A DNA stretch of 52,701 nucleotides from Candidatus Pacearchaeota archaeon (lineage in GTDB: Bacteria; Patescibacteriota; Minisyncoccia; Minisyncoccales; UBA5738): the NCBI GenBank assembly GCA_035362275.1, contig DAOSDI010000003.1, forward strand, positions 1 through 52,701, given 5' to 3'. The notes beneath the pieces are model-generated. The model saw only the letters and a program-made list of their open reading frames with translations, was not told where the DNA came from and made no database searches. The position numbers and the translations under genes were made by a program. Shown here piece after piece: positions 26,766 through 34,866 of the stretch; position 1 is the stretch's first letter, and each line of letters starts with the position of its first letter.

Positions 26766-28438
26766 AAAATAAGGCCAGCAAAAAAATCAAATTGCCGCTC
26801 CCGATTGCCTTTATCGCGATGGGAGGCTGTTTTTTAGCCGTTTTTGGCTTGATTTTGGCTCAGGGATCGCAAATTTGTCCGCCCGGAGAAGTTTCCGGAT
26901 GTAAAATTTGCAATTCTTCGGGAACGGACTGGATAAATGACAATTTAAAGTGTGCCGGCGGAAAAATATGCGTTGATGGCGAATGCGTCGCCAATTGTCG
27001 CAACGAGTGTTCTGTCGCGGGATTGAAGGAATGCCGGGGGCAAGGATATTGCGTGTGCGTAAAAAGCGAAAGCACCGGATGTTTGTACTGGTCAAACGTT
27101 TTTTCTTGTCCCGGCGGTCAAAATTGCGTGGCGGGAATCTGTATAAAAGGCGTCGCCGATGATTCGGCAAAATTGATTTTGAGCGGATTATCTCCTTCAG
27201 GCGCGTTACAAAACGAAAAGATTTCCTTGAACGTTTCAACCAATCGCACCGCGAACTGCCGCTATGATATCGTTGAACAAGATTTTGATTTGATGCGGGG
27301 TCAATTCAAAACTTTGAATTATTTTTCACACATTGAGCCGATAACTTTGCAGAAATCCGGCCAATTTGTTTTTTATGTTAAATGCCGCGACAAGGACGGC
27401 AATATCGGTTCGGGAAACATCAGCTTTGAATATTCTCTCCGGCAAAACTCCGTCAATTCCAATGAAAAAATTTCCGACGGCAAACTTCAGATTATTGATC
27501 CCGCGCCGGCCGAAAAAACACCGCCGGCGATTTCGGAACCGAAACCCCTTGGAAAAATTGAAAACGGAGAAATGGAAATTTCGGTGGCCACCGACAGAGT
27601 GGCTCAATGCAATTATGACGTTTTCGATACCGACTATGATTCAATGGAAAATTCCATGATTGCCGATGCCGCGGGAAGAATCCACTACCATAAAATCACT
27701 TTGTCTCTACCGGGAAAATATGTTTATTACGTCCGTTGCCGCGATAATGACGGCAATAAAAATTCGGCTTCGGTAAAAATTGATTTTGAGTTTGAGGATG
27801 TTCAAAGCGTCTCTTCGGAAAACGGCGACCGCCTGCTGGCATTGGAAAATTTATCGCCGCGGGGCGCAATTTATCAAAATGAAGCGGTTTTGATGCTGTC
27901 AACCGGCGAAGATTCCGAATGCCGCTATTCGCTTGAAGACGCGGAATTTGAAAAAATGCCCGAGCTTTTTGACACCCAGGACAGGCAGTTGCATGAGGTT
28001 CAGATTTTTCTGGAAAATTACGGCAATTATCATTATTTTGTGCGATGCCGGAGCCGAAACGATGCGGAGAGAGAGGCGTTTGCGCTGATTGATTTTGAAT
28101 ATCGCGATCCGAAAATGTCTTTAGCGTCTGTGCCGGCAAATTCTTGCGAGCAGTATTCTTTGAATCAAGGCGATGGTACCTGCGATAACGAGGAAAATTG
28201 CGTTTGCGATCCCGACTGCGCGGAAATTTATGAATACGATCCCGATTGCGATCACGTTGCAGTTGAGAAAAAAGGCGGAGGATTTGCTCTTTGGCCGGTG
28301 ATCGTTGCCTTGGCCGTTTTTGGATTTTTGTTTGCCGGCGCGCTTCTTGCCGGAAAGAAAATGAAGAAAAAAAATACCGGCGACAAACCGTTTCCGCCGG
28401 CGGCGGAGGAAGAAGACGAAAGTCGTTATTTAAATTAA
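26762..28438 (+). CDS. Secreted cysteine-rich protein with three ~115-aa tandem domains and a C-terminal TM anchor
   Basis: A signal anchor is present and the start overlaps the preceding stop (ATGA). It has the module CPPGEVSGCKICNSSGTDWINDNLKCAGGKICVDGECV. Three repeats end in (K/R)CR(D/S).....I(S/D)FE(Y/F). The C-terminal TM is FALWPVIVALAVFGFLFAGALLAG. Confidence 0.8.
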   Translation: MKNKASKKIKLPLPIAFIAMGGCFLAVFGLILAQGSQICPPGEVSGCKICNSSGTDWINDNLKCAGGKICVDGECVANCRNECSVAGLKECRGQGYCVCVKSESTGCLYWSNVFSCPGGQNCVAGICIKGVADDSAKLILSGLSPSGALQNEKISLNVSTNRTANCRYDIVEQDFDLMRGQFKTLNYFSHIEPITLQKSGQFVFYVKCRDKDGNIGSGNISFEYSLRQNSVNSNEKISDGKLQIIDPAPAEKTPPAISEPKPLGKIENGEMEISVATDRVAQCNYDVFDTDYDSMENSMIADAAGRIHYHKITLSLPGKYVYYVRCRDNDGNKNSASVKIDFEFEDVQSVSSENGDRLLALENLSPRGAIYQNEAVLMLSTGEDSECRYSLEDAEFEKMPELFDTQDRQLHEVQIFLENYGNYHYFVRCRSRNDAEREAFALIDFEYRDPKMSLASVPANSCEQYSLNQGDGTCDNEENCVCDPDCAEIYEYDPDCDHVAVEKKGGGFALWPVIVALAVFGFLFAGALLAGKKMKKKNTGDKPFPPAAEEEDESRYLN

Positions 28439-28500
28439 GGATTTGTGATTTTGTGTTATAATTCCAGATTGCGAATAGTCATAAATTCAAATACTAATTA

Positions 28501-31011
28501 ATGGCAAATAAAAACAAAAGCGTGAATAGATTCGCATTTCTACTGCCCGCGGCGTGCGCTTGTCTGTCTTTGTATCTTTTTTCGCCGGCAGATGTTGCGC
28601 TTGCGGCCGCGGCTCCCAAGTATGTTGTTGTTCACGCGTGGAATCCCGGAGCCGATAATCCGAATTATTTCAAGGGATGTTCAACGCAATGGATCAAACC
28701 GATACTGGATGCGATCGGAAAAAGGGGAAACGGAGCGGTTCAACTGGGAATTTCGGACGTGATATACGCTTTGAATACCGATGACGCGGAAATTCAATCT
28801 TGCTTGGATAATTTTTTCAGTTCTTCCGAACAATACAATGTTCCCTTTATGTTGCATATTGACACGGAGCGCTTTTGGGATTCTCGGCCGGATTTATGGA
28901 ACTGGTTTGACCCGGCGGCGTCGGGCTACAATCCGGCAAATATTGATAATGTTGAATGGAGCGGCTGGAACAAGGGGGCTAAAGAGTCGTTCATCAATTG
29001 GGGTTATCCGATAAAATTGCCCCCCAAGCCTTGCTATGAAAGTCCGGCGGTCAAGCGGGTCGTTGAGAATAAATTTAGCATTATCTCCGATAAAATAAAC
29101 GAATGGCGCAAAAAACTGGCGGATGAAGACAGGGAGTATCTGTTTTTGGGGGTTAACTTGGGATGGGAGACCGGGATTGATGATTATCGCAGTGCCAATT
29201 GGGCGACCGCGCCCTATAAATATCAATTGGGCTATAACGCGCTTTCAAAAAAAGGATTCAGTGCCGCCAACCCTCCCGCCGATATAAACTCGGAGCTGGT
29301 AAAAGTTGTCGCCGATTTCAATAAATTTCGGGCCAAGCTTTTGTATGATCGCGGCATTCCCAAAGATAAGATATTTACCCATTCCTGGGCGGCGGACGAT
29401 AAAATTCCTCTTGGTTCAAGCGGTTATACCCAAAACGGTCCGATTTCAAGCGCAAAAAACGACTACAGTATTTTGGGAGTGAGCTTATATCCGCCCTCGT
29501 ATAATACAAATCGGGTAAAAAATGAGATTGGAACGGCGCCTTGGGCGCTTATTGAATCTCCTCCGGGCGCGATATTGACCGCGCCGGCAGGTTATTTAAG
29601 CGTCAAGGATTGGCTTAATTTCGGTAATTGCAAATTGGCGGTAGTTTACGGATTGAGCGCATCTCAATCCAATACCTTGCCTCAGATACGCCAGCTGGCA
29701 ACGCTATTGCCGGATAGTGGCAATCCGATTGGATTTTTTGATCATGCCGATTGCAACTATGCCGGCGGCTGGATTTGCGATAGGGACGATTATGGTCGTT
29801 CTCTCAAAGTTAAAATTTTTGCCGATGGCGCTATCGGGCAAGGGTCATTGATCGGCACGGTGTCCGCCGATATGAATCGTGAAAATGCGGTGGCCGGGTT
29901 ATGCGGGGGCAATGGCAAACACGGATTTAATTTTCCGATGCCTGCTTCCCTTAAAGACGGCAAAAGCCACAGTATTTATGTTTACGGGGAAGACTTTCCA
30001 TCGGGAAATAATGTGTTGCTCGGGGTGTCCAATTCAAGTGCGAATTCATTGACAATAACTTGCGCCGCTCCCCGGTTTTGCCCGCCGGGTTCGGCGAATG
30101 GTTGCAAGGTTTGCGATTCCGCCGGTAGCGCTTGGATAGATACCGATTCCAAATGCCAAAGCGGCCAGATTTGTTCAAACGGCGTTTGCCAAAATGTTTG
30201 CGTTCCGAAAACTTGCGCCGGTATGGGTTATTCCTGCGGGAGTCAAAGCGACGGTTGCGGAGGGGTGTTAAATTGCGGTACTTGCGCGCCGGGCAAAGCT
30301 TGTTCCCGCGGGGGATGCGTTTCCAATTGCGCTTCCCATGCTTATAAAAAATGTTCGGAGGGCAATTTGTATTGGTATAATTCTTGCAACAATAAAGAAG
30401 AATTGGCGCATAATTGCAAGATATTGAAAATTTCAGATTATCGTTGCAAAGGCCAAGTGCTCCAAAAGAAAATTATCACCGGTGATTGCGCCAATGATGC
30501 TTGCATTGTCAATCCGGCATGGACCGATGCCGCGGATTGTTCCGCCGACGGCAAGATTTGCGAAAATGGCGCGTGCATTGTTTCGGAAGCCGTGCCGAAG
30601 AATCAAGTTTGCACGCCCAAAGAGGTTTCCGGATGCAGAATTTGCAATATGGCGGGCACGGATTGGATCAATGACAATTTGAAATGCGCCAATGGAGAAA
30701 TGTGTATTGCCGGCGAGTGCGTTTCGGGTTGTACCGATCGCATAGTTAAAAAATGCGCCGGCGATGAACTCTATCAATATAATTCTTGCAACGGAGAGGA
30801 ATATCTGGCGCAAGATTGTGCCGCCGAGGAAAAAATATGTCAAAATGGCGCTTGCGTTTCCGCGGCCGACGGCACGGTTGAGCCAAAAAACTCGGCGCCG
30901 GCGGCGCGCGCCGAGATTCTGCAAAAAATTGCCGAGATCAAGCAATTGTTGGCACAATTAATCGCCCAGCTCATTGCCGAACTGCAAAGGCAATTGGCGC
31001 CGGGGCAATAG
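28501..31011 (+). CDS. Secreted modular protein: unknown N-terminal catalytic-sized domain, then cysteine-rich modules, then a C-terminal coiled-coil tail
   Basis: Signal peptide FAFLLPAACACLSLYLFSPADVALAAAA. Repeated CxxGxxxGCxxCxxxGxxWIDxDxKCxxGxxCxxGxC and CxPKTCxxxGYxCGxxxDGCGGxLNCGxC modules. The tail is EILQKIAEIKQLLAQLIAQLIAELQRQL. Confidence 0.8.
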   Translation: MANKNKSVNRFAFLLPAACACLSLYLFSPADVALAAAAPKYVVVHAWNPGADNPNYFKGCSTQWIKPILDAIGKRGNGAVQLGISDVIYALNTDDAEIQSCLDNFFSSSEQYNVPFMLHIDTERFWDSRPDLWNWFDPAASGYNPANIDNVEWSGWNKGAKESFINWGYPIKLPPKPCYESPAVKRVVENKFSIISDKINEWRKKLADEDREYLFLGVNLGWETGIDDYRSANWATAPYKYQLGYNALSKKGFSAANPPADINSELVKVVADFNKFRAKLLYDRGIPKDKIFTHSWAADDKIPLGSSGYTQNGPISSAKNDYSILGVSLYPPSYNTNRVKNEIGTAPWALIESPPGAILTAPAGYLSVKDWLNFGNCKLAVVYGLSASQSNTLPQIRQLATLLPDSGNPIGFFDHADCNYAGGWICDRDDYGRSLKVKIFADGAIGQGSLIGTVSADMNRENAVAGLCGGNGKHGFNFPMPASLKDGKSHSIYVYGEDFPSGNNVLLGVSNSSANSLTITCAAPRFCPPGSANGCKVCDSAGSAWIDTDSKCQSGQICSNGVCQNVCVPKTCAGMGYSCGSQSDGCGGVLNCGTCAPGKACSRGGCVSNCASHAYKKCSEGNLYWYNSCNNKEELAHNCKILKISDYRCKGQVLQKKIITGDCANDACIVNPAWTDAADCSADGKICENGACIVSEAVPKNQVCTPKEVSGCRICNMAGTDWINDNLKCANGEMCIAGECVSGCTDRIVKKCAGDELYQYNSCNGEEYLAQDCAAEEKICQNGACVSAADGTVEPKNSAPAARAEILQKIAEIKQLLAQLIAQLIAELQRQLAPGQ
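30551..31005 (+). repeat. Copy 1 of a 455-bp direct repeat (identical as far as can be seen) encoding the shared C-terminal module
   Basis: The nucleotide strings match by eye. Overlapping ORFs in three frames give identical translations in both copies (30764-30961 = 33413-33610; the minus-strand ORFs are identical up to the boundary). Confidence 0.9.
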
Positions 31012-31042
31012 ACACAGTTTTCGTTTGGGTGATTTCAAATAA

Positions 31043-31094
31043 ATGAAAATTATTGAAAAATTAAAAGTGGCGGGATTGAGGGGCCGCAGCGGTG
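31043..31094 (+). pseudogene. Orphan 5' fragment of a nuoF-like gene (divergent allele)
   Basis: atgaaaattattgaaaaattaaaagtggcgggattgaggggccgcagcggtg encodes MKIIEKLKVAGLRGRSG. The intact gene at 33835 begins MEIIEKLKQANLRGRGG. Homology stops after about 52 nt. Confidence 0.7.
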
Positions 31095-31203
31095 TGATGG
31101 CAAATAGCCGAAGACATACCGGCCGGCGGCGACGGATCTCGTCCGGACGCGAGAAATTTGTTTTTATTATGATTTAGACTAGTTGCATAATTAAATAAAT
31201 ATT

Positions 31204-33660
31204 ATGAATAAAATTATTTTTTCAATCTTATTTGGGGTTGCCGGTTTGTTATTCTGCTTGTCTGCCGCCGCCGCTGATCAATTAACGCTGAAATTTTTGG
31301 GTACCGGCTATCCGAACTATGCGTCATGGAGCAGTTATGGCCGGCAACTGGCATCGTTGCTTGTGAGTTCCGATATGGTTATTGACTTTTCGTGTTGGTC
31401 AAATTTATCTTCCAATCGGGGCACTTGCGGCGTGGCGCGGTTGAACCAGTATGGAGTTGATAAAAATCAAATTAATTATGTTTTAATCACGCATCATCAT
31501 TTGGACCATTTTGATCCGGCGGAGATAGCCAAGCTTGCGCAATCCCGAACCAGTAGCCAAAAATTGACGGTTTATGGAGGAATCACCGTTACTCGCCAAA
31601 TGAATGATTATCTAACCGCTAACGGCAAACAAGGGCTTGTGAATGTGGTTCATTTTGAATCTTTTTCTCCAACACAAATCGGTCCGTATCTTGTAACGCC
31701 TCTGCCCGCGAATCATGATTATCCCGTCAACGAACCTTATGTTTACATAATTAAATATGGGGGTAAGCAGTTTTTATATGGGACTGATTCCGGAACCATT
31801 GCTGGGGATTCATTATCACACATTTACTCGCAAAAACTTGATTTGGTGATACGCGAAAGGGGATTAACCTCCGGTGCCGATTACAGCCATATGGACAAGG
31901 CAAAGATTGCGGCGGAGCGCGCCGATTGGATCAGCCATGGAGTGATTGCCGAAGAGACAACTTATGCCCTTACTCATTTGGCTTATTGCGCGAAAGGAGT
32001 ATGCCCGATCCCTTCGGGAACTCTTGATTTAGGCGACGGTGCCGTTTTAACCCTGCCGGTTTGCTCTCCCAAGACCTGCTCGGCCTTGGGATACAATTGC
32101 GGCACCGTTGGCGACGGTTGCGGCGGCACACTCAATTGCGGCACTTGCGCGGCCGGTATGGCCTGTAAAGATGGCGCGTGCACGGTGCCGGCAGAATGCT
32201 TGAGCCACGCAGAAAAAAGATATTATGAAAACAAGCTTTATTGGTACAAATCCTGCGGCATCAGGGAGGAAAGAGTCAAGATGTGCACTCCGGGCGCAAT
32301 CAATGGATGTGCGGCGTGCAGTGCGGACGGATTTGATTTGATTGATGATGATTCAAAATGCCCGGACGGCAAAAAATGTTTTCAAAGCGGTTGTGTGGCG
32401 TCGATAACGCAAGGCTTGCCGCTGGCCGTAGTGCTGAAGTCCGCGGTTAACAATAAATATGTCTGCGCGGAAAGTATCGGTGCCGAACCGCTTATTGCCA
32501 ACCGCCATTGGGCAAGCACTTGGGAAACTTTCGATTTATTGCCGCAAAGCGATGGAACGGTGGCTTTTAGGTCGCAGGCGAACAACAAATATGTGACCGC
32601 CGCAAATGCCGGCGCCAGTCCGCTCATCGCCAGTCGTGATGCGATCAGTGTGTGGGAAAAATTTGCGATTGTCAGCGCCGGTTCCAATTATGTTTCGTTC
32701 AAATTGCCAGCGAACAACAAATATGTGACGGCGGAAAACGCCGGCGCCAGTCCGCTCATCGCCAGCCGTGATGCGATCAGCGTGTGGGAAAAATTTGCGA
32801 TTATTCCGTTAACGACCCAATATTGCCAAAATCAGTGCTCGTCAAGCGGGGATAGGCGATGCGGAGGCGACGGTTACCAAATCTGCCAAGACGGAAACGG
32901 CGACGGATGTTTGGAGTGGGGCGCGGCGATAGTATGTCCGTCGGGAGAGAATTGTATCAATGGAACATGCGCCAAATCAAAAGCATGTATTGCCGGCGCA
33001 GTTTCCGGTTGTAGGGTGTGCGATAATAACGGCTTGGTATGGGTTGATACGGATTCCAGATGCAGTAGTGGCCAGGTTTGCGTGGCCGGTATTTGCCAAT
33101 CCGCTTGCGCCCCCAAGACCTGCCTGGATCTGGGATACGATTGTGGTACTGCCAGCGACGGTTGCGGCGGCACGCTAAATTGCGGCGCTTGTGCGGCGGG
33201 CAAGATTTGCGAAAATGGCGCGTGCATTGTTTCGGAAGCCGTGCCGAAGAATCAAGTTTGCACGCCCAAAGAGGTTTCCGGATGCAGAATTTGCAATATG
33301 GCGGGCACGGATTGGATCAATGACAATTTGAAATGCGCCAATGGAGAAATGTGTATTGCCGGCGAGTGCGTTTCGGGTTGTACCGATCGCATAGTTAAAA
33401 AATGCGCCGGCGATGAACTCTATCAATATAATTCTTGCAACGGAGAGGAATATCTGGCGCAAGATTGTGCCGCCGAGGAAAAAATATGTCAAAATGGCGC
33501 TTGCGTTTCCGCGGCCGACGGCACGGTTGAGCCAAAAAACTCGGCGCCGGCGGCGCGCGCCGAGATTCTGCAAAAAATTGCCGAGATCAAGCAATTGTTG
33601 GCACAATTAATCGCCCAGCTCATTGCCGAACTGCAAAGGCAATTGGCGCCGGGGTATTGA
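31204..33660 (+). CDS. Secreted fusion protein: metallo-beta-lactamase-fold domain, cysteine-rich modules, three beta-trefoil (fascin-like) repeats, and the shared C-terminal coiled-coil module
   Basis: A signal peptide is present. The MBL motif is ITHHHLDHFD (HxHxDH). NNKYV(C/T)AE..GA.PLIA(N/S)R....WE(T/K)F occurs three times. The C-terminus is identical to that of gene 28501-31011. Confidence 0.8.
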   Translation: MNKIIFSILFGVAGLLFCLSAAAADQLTLKFLGTGYPNYASWSSYGRQLASLLVSSDMVIDFSCWSNLSSNRGTCGVARLNQYGVDKNQINYVLITHHHLDHFDPAEIAKLAQSRTSSQKLTVYGGITVTRQMNDYLTANGKQGLVNVVHFESFSPTQIGPYLVTPLPANHDYPVNEPYVYIIKYGGKQFLYGTDSGTIAGDSLSHIYSQKLDLVIRERGLTSGADYSHMDKAKIAAERADWISHGVIAEETTYALTHLAYCAKGVCPIPSGTLDLGDGAVLTLPVCSPKTCSALGYNCGTVGDGCGGTLNCGTCAAGMACKDGACTVPAECLSHAEKRYYENKLYWYKSCGIREERVKMCTPGAINGCAACSADGFDLIDDDSKCPDGKKCFQSGCVASITQGLPLAVVLKSAVNNKYVCAESIGAEPLIANRHWASTWETFDLLPQSDGTVAFRSQANNKYVTAANAGASPLIASRDAISVWEKFAIVSAGSNYVSFKLPANNKYVTAENAGASPLIASRDAISVWEKFAIIPLTTQYCQNQCSSSGDRRCGGDGYQICQDGNGDGCLEWGAAIVCPSGENCINGTCAKSKACIAGAVSGCRVCDNNGLVWVDTDSRCSSGQVCVAGICQSACAPKTCLDLGYDCGTASDGCGGTLNCGACAAGKICENGACIVSEAVPKNQVCTPKEVSGCRICNMAGTDWINDNLKCANGEMCIAGECVSGCTDRIVKKCAGDELYQYNSCNGEEYLAQDCAAEEKICQNGACVSAADGTVEPKNSAPAARAEILQKIAEIKQLLAQLIAQLIAELQRQLAPGY
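33200..33654 (+). repeat. Copy 2 of the 455-bp direct repeat
   Basis: See copy 1. The offset between copies is 2649 bp. Confidence 0.9.
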
Positions 33661-33834
33661 AAGCCATTCTTGTTGGTATGATTTGAAACAGAGTGTATAA
33701 TGGGACTATTGTTTGCGAATAAAGATAAAATGAGAGCGTTGAATAATTGACAAAATTATCAAATTTGAAAAAAATTTAAACGCAGATAATGCTTGAATTG
33801 GCGGAATTCAACAATTATTCAACACTCTAAAAAT

Positions 33835-34812
33835 ATGGAAATCATTGAAAAATTAAAACAAGCGAATTTGAGGGGTCGCGGCGGCGCGGGGTTTCCTGCG
33901 TGGCAAAAGTGGCAGATGGTAAAAGATGCGCCGGGCGAAACCAAATATGTTGTTTGCAATGTGTCCGAAGGCGAGCCGGCGGTGGCCAAGGACGGCCACA
34001 TTCTGGAAAAATGGCCCGATATTGTGGTTGAGGGGATTGAATTGGCGATGAATGAAGCGGGAGCAAAAAAGGGTTATTTATATTTGCGCCGGGATTATTT
34101 TGATAAGTTTAAAAATGCGCTGGCCGAAATTATCGGTGCGCGGGCGATAGAAATCATCCGCGAGCCGGGCGGGTATTTGGGCGGCGAAGAAACCGCGCTG
34201 TTGGATTCCATTGAAGGCAAGCCGTGCGAGCCGCGGATCAAGCCGCCGTTTCCGCCGCAAGCGGGTCTTTGGGGCCGTCCCACTTTGATCAATAATTTGG
34301 AGACCTTGTATTTTGCGGCAAGGATTGTCCGCGGCGAATATAAAAACACCCGATTTTACACCATTGCCGGCGATTGCGCCGGCCCGGGAGTTTTTGAACG
34401 GGGCGATGGTTTGACAATTAAGGAAATTTTGGAAAAAACCGGCAATCTGCCCGGGGGCGAATTTTTTGTCCAAGCCGGGGGCGGCGCCAGCGGCACCATT
34501 ATGATGTCGGATGAATTGGAGGTTCCCTTGTCCGGCGCGGGATCAATCGTGATCTATGACAAAGCCAAAACCGATCCGCGGCGATTGGGGTTGAAATGGA
34601 TAAATTTTTTCATCGCCGAAAATTGCGGCAAGTGCGTTCCCTGCCGCGAAGGCGTTTTGCGCCTGCGCGAGATTTTTTCAAAAGAGCCGCTTGACATTGC
34701 CCGGGCGCAAGGTATCGTCAAATTACTGGCCGCCGCCAGCTTTTGCCCCTTCGGCAAAGGCGTGGCAAACTCGTTTGGCAGTTTGATTGCAAAATTAATG
34801 GAAAAATCGTGA
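33835..34812 (+). CDS. NuoF/HydB-like NADH-binding FMN/[4Fe-4S] flavoprotein subunit
   Basis: RGRGGAGFPAWQKW, GGYLGGEETALLDSIEGK, PPFPPQAGLWGRPTLINNLET and ENCGKCVPCREG. Confidence 0.85.
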   Translation: MEIIEKLKQANLRGRGGAGFPAWQKWQMVKDAPGETKYVVCNVSEGEPAVAKDGHILEKWPDIVVEGIELAMNEAGAKKGYLYLRRDYFDKFKNALAEIIGARAIEIIREPGGYLGGEETALLDSIEGKPCEPRIKPPFPPQAGLWGRPTLINNLETLYFAARIVRGEYKNTRFYTIAGDCAGPGVFERGDGLTIKEILEKTGNLPGGEFFVQAGGGASGTIMMSDELEVPLSGAGSIVIYDKAKTDPRRLGLKWINFFIAENCGKCVPCREGVLRLREIFSKEPLDIARAQGIVKLLAAASFCPFGKGVANSFGSLIAKLMEKS

Positions 34813-34866
34813 AATCGCGGGAAAACAATTAGGCCTTTATCGATGGCCATAACTTAAACTTTGTTC

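Noticed and set aside
30551-33654. Diversity-generating retroelement (template/variable repeat pair) explanation for the 455-bp repeat
   Set aside because: The two copies appear identical, with no adenine-specific differences. They are far longer than typical TR/VR pairs. No reverse transcriptase gene is present in the window.
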